Positions 50,480-61,419 of a DNA stretch of 64,000 nt are shown piece by piece; the first letter of the stretch is position 1, and each line of letters opens with the position of its first letter. The translations under genes and the position numbers were made by a program. The stretch is taken from NCBI GenBank assembly GCA_965644295.1, contig CBFFRP010000234.1, forward strand, positions 225,745 to 289,744. The letters are read 5' to 3'. The notes under the pieces are model-generated. The model was given only the letters and a program-made list of their open reading frames with translations, searched no databases and was not told where the DNA came from. The stretch comes from Paraphysomonas bandaiensis (lineage: Eukaryota > Protista > Chrysophyceae).

Positions 50480-52562
50480 AAAACGTGAGATCCACTTTGT
50501 TGAGGGTTAGGACTTAATTCCACGAAGACGCTATATAAATGCAGATATATTTAAGAAAAGGATATCACACGTCATCATAGAATAATACTCGAACTGAATA
50601 CGAGTATATATACTGAGTATTGAGGATAGAGAGCGAACACAACCGTGAAGTGTCCTGAAGATGCCGCATATACAAGAGATATATGGCGAAAACACAGGCC
50701 GTGAATTGTTTGTGTAAGGACTAATGGATTGAACAGGAGCGCATGACCTGGCTTAAACAAACAACTCGTCGTATACCCGTGTTGCTTCGAAAGAAATTGC
50801 GTTGCATAGTTTAGCACTCGTCGGTGCATGCAATATAGTAACAAGATGGAAATCATGTTATGTTCAGTATCACACGAGTGGTTATGTTGGTTGCAGCAAC
50901 GTAGAAGCATATGCTATTTAATAGAAATAAGTTTTATATGTAGATAGCAAAGAAGAAACAATATATATTCTGTATTCAATACATAGCACAATAAACACAG
51001 AAAACTGTGTTACAGGACTCTATATCTATCCTGTGAAAATAGATACTTATAGTTGAATGGAGATAGTTTCCTCCTTTACTCTAATGCTTCATCACTGTGC
51101 TGACTAGGATAGAAGTCGAAGAACACTGATACCATCGTGATTCCATATATGTTGAAATATTGTTAGAGAGTTTCCCACACTAGTTGTAGATCCGCATAAT
51201 ACATGCAAGGGTACAGTGCTTTGGGTTCCGGTACTTATCCTCCCTCGTGATATTGGGCCACTTGATATTTATGTAAACCATCAATTTTCATAGCGTATAC
51301 AATTCCACGTAATCTGGTAGAGTAACTATTTCGTCGCGAACAGAATAAATGGTTCACGAGTCACCAGATGATGTCACCACGAACATCTCAGCAAAATAGT
51401 TCACCGAACACATACCAACAGATTGGCTATTAGCATCCAAGTTTTCTCCAATGATATCACAATCTCACCCTTCCTTCTGGCTTCAAGCCTTTTCTGTTTC
51501 TCCCACGTTGCCTTTTCATTCCAATACTGCTCTATCATTGTGCTCATATTACAGATATTAAGTCATGAGATTTCGCTATTAAGGGAAGCTTCTTAATAAA
51601 CTTAAGCAACGAAACCACATTTCACCTAGAGCCCAGAAGCTCTTCAAGCACCCACACAGTCCACATTTATGCACCAAAAGTATTAGATCCGATATTCTCT
51701 TCTTTAGCCCAAAACCAGACCCATATTTTTAACAGGCACTCGTCTGCAACACCCTGAATATTAAAATGTGATTTAGTATAATATGGTCTTGATAAACGAG
51801 AGTGAGAAGGTGTCCAAAGCCGATATGCAGGTGAGTTGGGTTGGAATGATACAAGACAACATCCGCATCAACGATATCGCCAGTGTGATTGTTCTGATGT
51901 GTGATTCGGAGATGACACCCCTGATATTCAAACAGATCAACGTGCAGTATGCACTCCTATTCGAAGACGATTCATGACTATATGAAGCGTATGTATGTAT
52001 ATACGTATAGCGTGTTGTATCAGAGGGCGACAGCAGGGGTCAGATCACAGTCACCATAGTGTCATCACCTATCTACTTCTCTTCGGCTATTCTTTGGATT
52101 TAGGTGCCGGATGACTCACTGACCATCTTATCTTCATCGCTGTTGTGTCGACCACCCTAAACACCCTCTATATGCCATGTCGATATACATATATGTGCAT
52201 GCATGCACTCTGTGTGTGTGTCGTAGAACAGGCCTGATAGTTCTCATATCTGTATAATGGTATACGGTCGGTATATACAGCTGCAGTCCAGCACGCAAGT
52301 ACACTACTTGTACACGGCAGAGTGCCCCATGCTGCTGCTGTATGCCTGTATGACCTGGTGGGTGGTGCAGTAGGCAGTAGGAATTCCTAGTGTACAGCAG
52401 TAGTGTATGGTATGGTGTATTGTGTATTGTACTACCATGTATACATGTGACCAGCAGGTGGAATCGCCAATACATGCCCTTCCTGCCCTTATGAGCAGCT
52501 GTCTCCACTGTAAGTACATCCCAACGCTACTTAAAAGCAGCACGACTCTGCTGGTTTAACTT

Positions 52563-53589
52563 ATGTCAACAATGACCACTAGATATATAGTATTTTATCT
52601 AGTGTTTGTTGTATGGAGCGGGGTAGCCTGTCAAGAGACACACGACAGAGTCAGCAGTATTCGTGATGCACAGGAAGGAAATGCCGCATCAAAAACTAAT
52701 GGCTACACAGAGAGATATACATTAGATTCTCATGTAATATGGAGTGATATGTTACCGAAAAGCACCGATTCAGCGGTGCCCACATCGGCCCCGACAGTCA
52801 CTGCGCATCCGACCTCAACGTTTACCCCGAGTGCCTCTCCCACTTCACCCGCCAGTCTGTTACGCCGGCGATCTTCCTCCAATAAAGATGATAACGACAA
52901 CGGGGCGATTTTAGCGGTTATAGTGATAGCTGTAATTATCATTGTGGCACTAGGGGGCTATATACTATGGAGAAACAAGGAATTGATTTACACGACTACC
53001 ACAAATGGAGAGTATGACCACAACCACAACTATCCAGAGGTGCTTCCCTTCTTGTTTTTCATCTTCATATGTATGCTGCCATTGTCAATATTGTTACTTT
53101 TCTTTAAACTTCCATCCCCTCATTGTGTGGTGTAATAAACAGGTGTACCCTATTGATTCACCGGATACAGCTGTCGCATTGACGGATACTACAGACACGA
53201 AAGAGTTTTTTGGTGGGCCAATTGAGGCGGAGGAGGAAATTGGCGAGAATCCTCTTGTTGATTCAGGTATTGTGCATGATAGTTGCCTTATAGCTGTTGC
53301 TGATGCTAGTTGTTTGCTAGCTCTTATTGAGGAGGCAGTGAAGGTTTCGAGCCCACGGTCCGGGTCTCCTCCAAGCCCGACGAAAACTAAGAAGCAAAAA
53401 CAGCAGCAAACATCACCACGATCTCGTTCCAAGTCCCCACCATCTTCTAAACATCGGCGTACTTCTAAGAGAACCACTTCTGGAAGTCCACGAGGCACTC
53501 CAAGGTCGAAATCTCCCTCGCAGAGAAAGTCTCCTGGGTCGAAACAGACCAAGCCGAAGCGAAGAGCTAGCTCTAAGAATGCCCTATGA
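52563..53589 (+). CDS. Type I membrane protein with PT-rich ectodomain and Ser/Pro/Arg/Lys-rich cytosolic tail, ~3 exons
   Basis: Signal peptide, VPTSAPTVTAHPT, TM AILAVIVIAVIIIVALGGYILW, tail SPRSRSKSPPSS. Confidence 0.7.
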
Positions 53590-54437
53590 GAAAGGCCGAT
53601 ATGGACGTAATATTGACTAGTTTTTGTGTGTGATACATTGGATGACTGTGGTACAGCAGTGTTACGAATTAGGGTCTTGCTGTTGTGATGCAAGACTAAC
53701 ACTGGTATGTTTTATGTTGTTTATGTTCATGAGTTGATGTCGTGATAAAAAATAGAATATCAGTATCGTATGTAAACTCAATGTCATTTTATCGTAAAAC
53801 ACTGACGCAAACGTTTTAATCGAATGCCTTCTCTTTACACCCCTCATAGTTATTGCGAGTATTATAATACAACGAAATAAAGCCTACATAGCTACATAGC
53901 TACTAGACACACCGTACTAAGTACATTTTTTGCACTGCTAATCACTTCTCGCATCACCGACAAAATAAAAAAAAACATTGTAGCAAAACTGGATTCTTGA
54001 AGCTATTATGGTACAAAGATAAGGGTGAAGTAGTGGAGGTTGTAGTTTAAGTAGATAGTAACCATGATCAGATCTGAAGATATGAGTACTAAGGCCAGAT
54101 ATGGGGTTAGATTTATGAAGGTAAAAAACTAGCTATCTGTGGTTAGAAGCCGCTTCTATGAGTAGCTACGGGGAAATAGATCGAAGAAGATAGATGGATA
54201 CGGGTTTTTAGATATATAGCAGATTTTGATAGTAAGAAGTTATAGTTGAGTGTCGAGTATTTTAATGGGTAGTTTATTATTGTATGATATCTTGAGTAGC
54301 ATGTAGCACACCACTGACAGCAGCCTAGCATCTACCTGATGGTTAGGGGTTAGTATACCAGCACATGTCTTGAACAGCGACAGTGCAATGCGACGTATCA
54401 TATAACGCAAAGTATAGTATATACAAATCATATTTTG

Positions 54438-55351
54438 CTCACACACCAAACTACATACTGAAAACGACTGGTTTGGAAACCAAATCGCATCTTGAAAAGA
54501 TTTGCAGTTTGCTGGATGCATCAAAGCTGAAACATTCTGACTGTACAAGATACTTGCTCCATACCATACGAAGTATTAGTGGTTTAGAGGAGAGCATATA
54601 AACAACCATTCTAAGATTAAGTAATCTGATGTATTATAATAGCAATAATATACATATATCTATATATATATCCTTACCTATGGATTCTATGAGTCAGTGC
54701 TCAGAGGAAGAAGTGTTGGTTAACGAGGTTGTGGACAGAACTCCGGATACATCTTCGGATCTTCCAAGTTCTTTGGAAAAGCGGCCGTATTTATTATCTT
54801 CAGACGAAGATACTGGGGATAATGATGACGACAGTGATTTCGATGAGTTGTCGAATATCCCGCTTTTTACGCCGCCAAAGAAAAAAAGGGGTTTTGAGTG
54901 GAGAAAAATACAACAATCTCAGAAAAACACCCTCGAGCAAATTGTGAAAGGTCACTCCTGGTACAGTCCTCTGAGGAATGGGGTGGTGAAGAAGTGTGTT
55001 ATCCGCTTTTCCAAAGAACTTGGAAGATCCGAAGATGTATCCGGAGTTCTGTCCACAACCTCGTTAACCAACACTTCTTCCTCTGAGCACTGACTCATAG
55101 AATCCATAGGTAAGGATATATATGTATAGATATATCTATATTATTGCTATTATAATACATCAGATTACTTAATCTTAGAATGGTTGTTTATATGCTCTCC
55201 TCTAAACCACTAATACTTCGTATGGTATGGAGCAAGCATCTTGTACAGTCAGAATGTTTCAGCTTTGATGCATCCAGCAAACTGCAAATCTTTTCAAGAT
55301 GCGATTTGGTTTCCAAACCAGTCGTTTTCAGTATGTAGTTTGGTGCGTGAG
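54438..55351. repeat. Long inverted repeat: arms 54438-54784 and 55003-55351, spacer 218 bp
   Basis: Arms are near-perfect reverse complements with only a handful of differences. Confidence 0.95.
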
Positions 55352-55841
55352 AGGTTGTAGCGTTTTTGTCACACTTGTGCATGATAATTCATAGTTATAT
55401 TATTAAACTAAGTGATGCTGATAGACCCCCCCCAGAGTACAAGGTTTCATCAATGTTTCTGAAGGCGACTGAAGGACATCTATGGAGATTGTGTTGAGAA
55501 AGAATGGTGTACAAAAGCCTACTTGAGCATTGGAGAGAGCGATGGAGTCCTGCCCATGCTGTTATATCTTACTATATTACTGCTCTTTAGCTTTGTGTTC
55601 GCCTGATCTATGTTGTATTGATTTTAATTCACCTTCTATGACCTCATGCTTCTGTAATTCGTAGCTATATGCGAGTACAGTTCATGACTAGGTTTAATAC
55701 TATAATTGGCTAGGTTGAGTCATTTATTGCTTTGACTAGGTTATTACACCAATTTTGGAGTGACTAGGAAAGTCCACCAAATTGACTAGGTTGAATAATA
55801 TATCCCCAGTTCATCCCACCTAGCCACAGCAATGCAGTGGT

Positions 55842-56160
55842 TGTCAAGGTTTGACATTATATGAGAAGTATTAACTTAACAACAGAAGGTAACTTATACT
55901 CAAAGCTGAGAATTATAAATTATAATCAATGTCTCTTATCATTCATCAATATCATGTTGTCTCCACTACCACTCATTTCTCGTACGACGATCTTACATCG
56001 TCACTACAACTTGCATCGTCACAATATTCCGTTTTACCGCTATGTGCTTATCGTCATTCATTCTCACAATACGATTAACAAGACTACAACTGTATAATAC
56101 AGTAATTTAAATACCTTATAACTACAGCTTTCAATTGCTCTCATATAGCAGAACTCAACA
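55842..56160 (-). repeat. 3' LTR (319 bp)
   Basis: Identical by eye to 61055-61373; preceded on the minus strand by a polypurine tract at 56161-56171. Confidence 0.97.
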
Positions 56161-56303
56161 CTCCCTCTCAATTCAAAGCTGTAGATAGACTCTTCACATC
56201 ACAAGACATAACTGACGGATACGCAACCACCGAAACCAAACAGGACAAACAGGTGGACGTATGACTCCGACATTTCAGCTAGTCTCACAGCACAGTCAAC
56301 TGA

Positions 56304-59300
56304 TCACTTACGTCGTTTGAACGTCTTTTCTCTAATAACCTCAACAGATGATTTTCGATCCTCTCCTAGGCATCTCTTCCTGTGTTTCTCGAAAGTTACA
56401 CCACACAACGATTTCGTGAATATGTCTGCTGTCTGATCATCTGTTCCAACGTGGTACAATATGGCAGTGTTAAAGAGGCCATCTGGATCTACGTGTTCCC
56501 TAACCCAATGGTATTTGATCTCGATGTGTTTTGAACGCTTATGGAACACCGGATTCAATGCTAAGTCACGAGCACTCTGGCTATCCAAGAAAAATGGTGT
56601 GGGTTCGCGTAGACGGAGTCCTAATTCGTCCAACACCCCCCGAAGCCATACCAGTTCTTGCATGCCAGCATACATAGCCTGATACTCACTTTGCATTGAT
56701 GACGTTGAAACGGTAGCCTGTAAAATGGACTGCCAGATAAGTGGTCCACCGGCGGCAAATACTATGTATCCAGTCGTAGATCGGCGTGACACCACATCGC
56801 CAGCCCAGTCTGCATCAGTAAAGATGTGCATGTCGAAGTGCTTACTACTGAACCGAATACCCTTTCGAACTGTACCCCTAACGTACTGCAATAGGTACGT
56901 CATTAAATAACATGTAGCCCGGGTAGGCTTAGATGCATATCTAGATAACAAACCAACTGCATATGCAATATCAGGGCGAGTATTCATAGATAGATATAAC
57001 ATGGCACCCAGTAGGCTGCGATAAGGATAATTATCTACTCCCTCTTTCTCCTCAGGTGTGAGATCGCTGTCTGCTTGATTAATTCTGTCCATTGCATCGA
57101 GGGGTAGCGGCGACTTTCGGATTTTTGATGAGGGACCGAGGAAATCAGCGAATTTGAGAAGAATTTTCTCCGCATATGTCTGCTGATCCAGCTGAATGAA
57201 ATCCTGTCCTCGCGTGACACGAACATTCAGGAAATGTTCAACGGCTCCCATATCCGTCATGTCGAATCGTTCGCAGAATCTAGCTTTTATTTCTGTAATA
57301 ATATTAAGGTCAGCACATGCGATGACGATGTCATCCACATATATGGTGAGATACACTTTATGACCTTTATATACAGCATGATACAAGCAAGGTTCTAACA
57401 CACACGGTCGAAATCCCAAGGATTTGATGAACTTGTTTATGGTTTTCCACCATGATCGTGGTGAACTACGGAGTCCATATAGAGATTTCTTCAATTTAAA
57501 ACAATGTCCAGGTGGAAGTTGAAAATCTGGAGTAGGATTCATGTAAACGTCGCCTTCAATATCGGCATAACAGAACGCACTGGAGACATCGAGTTGATGC
57601 ACAAACATACTGAACACAAGAGCCAACGCCAGAATCAACCGAACAGATATACTCTTGACTACAGGGGCAAATGTGTTGTCCACATCGACGCCAGATTGTT
57701 GACCGTACCCAAGTGCTACAAGTCGTGCTTTATGCTTCTTGATGGAGCCATCCTTATTGTACTTTCGCTTATATACGTAACGAGATTTAAGAGGTCGTGC
57801 ATCAGGCGGAGTTTCTACTACTTCAAACACTTCACGCTGAAAAAGTGCATTCCGTTCTAATCTGCGCGCCTCCTTCCATTTGTCTGCATCACTACACTGA
57901 AGAGACTCTTCGTATGACTCAGGCTCCCTATAATCAGACGGGTCAGTAATCAATGAGTCATCACTTGCCTTACACATATTAACGGCATCTTCCCCACACA
58001 GGAAGTTGATTTCACCCAGAGTAGACACGTTGGTCATCACTCTTTGGGTTCGTATCCTCTTGCTTATAGCAGCTGGCGGGTTAGCAGTTTGACTACTAGG
58101 GACACACACACTTGTCTCTCTAGACGAAGTGCTCACGCTTCTCTCGGGTAAGGCACATGGAGTCTGCTCACTCCCTGATGAGTCATCTGCCGTAGACTGT
58201 TTGGGTGTCCCACCCCCAGCCGGCATCGATCGCTCCTCACCACCTGCCCCATCGTCACGGGTCGCAGGATTTTCGTGCCACCTGCGCAAATTATACGACT
58301 GAGTTAGTTTCACTACATCAGCTATATGTATCGGAGTCTTCTCCTCCAACTGCTCTCTACCAGCAGTTACTAAGGCTCTATAAGCCACGATCAAACCTTT
58401 CCGAACCACGACTCTCGTAGTCCTAAACAGGAAACCCTCATCGGTATGGTAAGATCCAATCAAATGGTTGAACTCTTCAACCTGTCGAGCCTGGGGATCA
58501 TGTTTAACTAACGCAGCCTCCAGCTCCTCGAAATACTCCTTCTCTCTGGGGGGAATGCTTTCGTCGAATAACACATGTATTGACACAACTTCGGACTCTC
58601 CTAGCCATATTCTGTATCCCCTCTTCTTTTTGGAGAGACCTAAAAAATATCCAATCTGCGATTTGCCTTGCCAATTTTTTCGACGATCACCCCTGGGAGT
58701 CTTCACATAAGCTTTACACCCCCATCGACGTAAACTGGATAAATCCGGAACAGAACCTCCAGGTACACACTCCATGGGAGACATCCATCCGCGGTAGGTC
58801 CGAGTGGGCATCATGCGAATAATTTCAGATGCATATACGTAGGCATCCCACCAGAATGGAACTGGGAATCCAGCATCTGACAGCATTGCAAGAGTCATCT
58901 CTCCCGCGGTTCGAAAACGTCTCTCAGACACGCCATTCATCTCAGGTGAGTCCGTAGAGCTCCACGTAATTGAGGTGCCAAACTTGCTGTGAAGATACTC
59001 CTGAATAGACTTATCAATGAGTTCGGCTCCCCCATCGGCATGATACACAGATAGTCGATGAACTCCTGGATACTTGGGAAGAAGAACCTCGACCCAATTC
59101 CTAATGTGCTCCAACACCTCACTTGCGGTCCGAGTTTTCAACGGAAACTCCCAGCATTCCTTGGTGGCCACATCTGTCAACGCTAATACATACCGGTATC
59201 CCTGTCGAGATGGACAATTGAAATATACTCCTATATCGACAGTTACTTTTTCCAGAAACCTTGTCGCCTGTAGCTCTTCATCACTCTTCCCAGGAAACGA

Positions 59301-61070
59301 GATTCTGGTAATCTTCGACTTTGCACAGGCTTTGCAGATACCCTTGGTTTTCTGAAGACTCTTCTTACTCAGATGAGATCTGTTAAGGCCACTCCCTGTG
59401 AACAACCGATGTTTGAAAGCTTCTAATAGCTTGCGCTTGCTGACATGCCCGCATCGTTTGTGAAGCAATTCCAGAGGGTCTTCATTTGTTTTATCCGATA
59501 GATGTACTTCTGCAGCTAAACTCGTCAAGTCAGGTAACTCCAACAAGTCCTTTAGATCAACGAAGGGCATTCCATTATCTGAATACCTAGCTTCAAGAAC
59601 AACTTCTGCATTATCCAATCGCACTATTTTTGGGGTCTCTAGCAGCTGAAGTCCATATCCAAGCGTACGAAGCATCCCTCCCGAACAAATATTCTTGACT
59701 GAGTCGGGGCATACCTTTAATTTTGTCCAGTCACCATAGTTGCCTGAGCCAGTATATCGTAAGCTGGATCCCGCTTTGGTTGTCTGAATGGCTCCTTCGT
59801 CTGCAACAAATGTCTGTAGAATATCACTGTTCTTGATGATGAAGAGTTGTTTCGACGCGCAGCTGTCTAGAAATACAATGTCTTCAGAAGTATGCAGCAC
59901 CTCATCTGCAACATTCACTTCTAAGTTACTCGATTCATCATATAACAACATGTGCACAGAATCATCCTCTTGCTCGTCTCTTTGAAGATAACGATTCCAG
60001 TCCGAGCTCTTTTTGATGGGCCTTTCCATCGTACCGTTTTTTTCGGAAAAATGTCGTTTTTTGTTAACAGAATCCTCCGCTTTCCTTGTTTTTCGAACTT
60101 GAGCTCGATGTCTGCATTCATGAGCTCGATGTCCAGATACGCCACACACAAAGCATCCATCATCATCAGCGCCATTTTTTGACTTACTTCTTTTGGATTC
60201 TGATTGCTCTCTTCGATGCTTGTTTTTACCATTGCGCTTCATTTGGGAGATCTTCAGATCTTTCTTCTTCATCCAGCAGTTCTTCTGCGTGTGACCTCGT
60301 TTTCCACATTTAGAGTATGAGCATGTTACCTCTTGATCAGAAGAATTCCAATGTACTTCCGGTGCAGAAGACTCCTGTGGTAGACCCTTTGCCTGGTCGA
60401 AGCGCCTACAAATGGTGATCATCTCATTAAATGAAATATCACCTTTCAGGTAGATGTTTGTGTACAGCTGCTCCAGATCCTTCCTCGTTTCCAGCGCAGT
60501 CTGCAGCTTCGTTTTTTTGGATACGTCAGTTGGCGGCTCACCAAGTTCCGTCATTTTTTGGACAATTCCGTTCAGTCGATCAATGGCTGTACACACCAGC
60601 TCCCCCTGTAGAATTCTAAATGACGCAAACTGTTTATTCAGTTCCACCAATTCGTACTGGGTTTCCCCACGAAATCTAATAACCAATTTATTTACCAATT
60701 CACTTGCTAACATCTCCTTATCGGGATCATCAGGTGGAAGCATGTCCTTCTCTCGGAAGTATTGATCAACAATCTCAAGCGCCTCCGCCACAGGTTGAAC
60801 AGCTTCGAAGATGGAACTGATGCAGGTGTCTTTCCTCTCCAACCACTTGTCGAGGTCTTCCTTATACTTGTTTTTCACAGCTGTGGACGCATTGTCAGCA
60901 GGTCGATGCGGTCGCTCTTCCAACCCAAGATGGTTCCGATTCTTTCTCATAAGCCAAACTCTCAATCGCTTCGTCCAGTTCACAACACCGAACTGATCGA
61001 ACTTCGGAAGGTGTTTCCATTCCGAACTACTTGCGGAACTACCGTCTGCTACCATGTCAAGGTTTGACAT
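56304..61070 (-). CDS. Copia Gag-Pol polyprotein (1588 aa): Gag, two Zn knuckles, PR, IN, RT, RNase H
   Basis: CSYSKCGKRGHTQKNC, CFVCGVSGHRAHEC, FLDSCAS, LLHKRCGH...CKAC, VTVD...ADGGAE...NGVSER, KARLVALG, YVDD, FTDADWAGD, HKRSKHIEIKYH; IN precedes RT. Confidence 0.98.
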   Translation of the reverse strand: MSNLDMVADGSSASSSEWKHLPKFDQFGVVNWTKRLRVWLMRKNRNHLGLEERPHRPADNASTAVKNKYKEDLDKWLERKDTCISSIFEAVQPVAEALEIVDQYFREKDMLPPDDPDKEMLASELVNKLVIRFRGETQYELVELNKQFASFRILQGELVCTAIDRLNGIVQKMTELGEPPTDVSKKTKLQTALETRKDLEQLYTNIYLKGDISFNEMITICRRFDQAKGLPQESSAPEVHWNSSDQEVTCSYSKCGKRGHTQKNCWMKKKDLKISQMKRNGKNKHRREQSESKRSKSKNGADDDGCFVCGVSGHRAHECRHRAQVRKTRKAEDSVNKKRHFSEKNGTMERPIKKSSDWNRYLQRDEQEDDSVHMLLYDESSNLEVNVADEVLHTSEDIVFLDSCASKQLFIIKNSDILQTFVADEGAIQTTKAGSSLRYTGSGNYGDWTKLKVCPDSVKNICSGGMLRTLGYGLQLLETPKIVRLDNAEVVLEARYSDNGMPFVDLKDLLELPDLTSLAAEVHLSDKTNEDPLELLHKRCGHVSKRKLLEAFKHRLFTGSGLNRSHLSKKSLQKTKGICKACAKSKITRISFPGKSDEELQATRFLEKVTVDIGVYFNCPSRQGYRYVLALTDVATKECWEFPLKTRTASEVLEHIRNWVEVLLPKYPGVHRLSVYHADGGAELIDKSIQEYLHSKFGTSITWSSTDSPEMNGVSERRFRTAGEMTLAMLSDAGFPVPFWWDAYVYASEIIRMMPTRTYRGWMSPMECVPGGSVPDLSSLRRWGCKAYVKTPRGDRRKNWQGKSQIGYFLGLSKKKRGYRIWLGESEVVSIHVLFDESIPPREKEYFEELEAALVKHDPQARQVEEFNHLIGSYHTDEGFLFRTTRVVVRKGLIVAYRALVTAGREQLEEKTPIHIADVVKLTQSYNLRRWHENPATRDDGAGGEERSMPAGGGTPKQSTADDSSGSEQTPCALPERSVSTSSRETSVCVPSSQTANPPAAISKRIRTQRVMTNVSTLGEINFLCGEDAVNMCKASDDSLITDPSDYREPESYEESLQCSDADKWKEARRLERNALFQREVFEVVETPPDARPLKSRYVYKRKYNKDGSIKKHKARLVALGYGQQSGVDVDNTFAPVVKSISVRLILALALVFSMFVHQLDVSSAFCYADIEGDVYMNPTPDFQLPPGHCFKLKKSLYGLRSSPRSWWKTINKFIKSLGFRPCVLEPCLYHAVYKGHKVYLTIYVDDIVIACADLNIITEIKARFCERFDMTDMGAVEHFLNVRVTRGQDFIQLDQQTYAEKILLKFADFLGPSSKIRKSPLPLDAMDRINQADSDLTPEEKEGVDNYPYRSLLGAMLYLSMNTRPDIAYAVGLLSRYASKPTRATCYLMTYLLQYVRGTVRKGIRFSSKHFDMHIFTDADWAGDVVSRRSTTGYIVFAAGGPLIWQSILQATVSTSSMQSEYQAMYAGMQELVWLRGVLDELGLRLREPTPFFLDSQSARDLALNPVFHKRSKHIEIKYHWVREHVDPDGLFNTAILYHVGTDDQTADIFTKSLCGVTFEKHRKRCLGEDRKSSVEVIREKTFKRRK
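61037..61054 (-). other. Primer binding site, probably tRNA-iMet
   Basis: TGGTAGCAGACGGTAGTT directly after the 5' LTR; TGGTAGCAGA matches the complement of typical initiator tRNA 3' ends. Confidence 0.75.
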
Positions 61071-61373
61071 TATATGAGAAGTATTAACTTAACAACAGAA
61101 GGTAACTTATACTCAAAGCTGAGAATTATAAATTATAATCAATGTCTCTTATCATTCATCAATATCATGTTGTCTCCACTACCACTCATTTCTCGTACGA
61201 CGATCTTACATCGTCACTACAACTTGCATCGTCACAATATTCCGTTTTACCGCTATGTGCTTATCGTCATTCATTCTCACAATACGATTAACAAGACTAC
61301 AACTGTATAATACAGTAATTTAAATACCTTATAACTACAGCTTTCAATTGCTCTCATATAGCAGAACTCAACA
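61055..61373 (-). repeat. 5' LTR (319 bp)
   Basis: Identical by eye to the 3' LTR; followed by the PBS. Confidence 0.97.
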
Positions 61374-61419
61374 GTGGTTACAATATCACAAAACCCAACA
61401 TCAATTAACCTAACACTAA

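Larger units (their letters stand above)
55842..61373 (-). mobile_element. Full-length Ty1/copia LTR retrotransposon (5532 bp)
   Basis: TG...CA LTRs at 55842-56160 and 61055-61373, 5-bp TSD gtggt on both sides, PBS TGGTAGCAGACGG, PPT ttgagagggag, intact gag-pol ORF. Confidence 0.98.

Noticed and set aside
53094-53702. 202-aa minus-strand ORF and similar antisense ORFs (2680-3126, 14316-14804, 34807-35292)
   Set aside because: Shadow frames opposite better-supported genes
55861-56097. Duplicated 78-aa ORF (also at 61074-61310)
   Set aside because: Antisense frame inside the two LTRs; the duplication is explained by LTR identity
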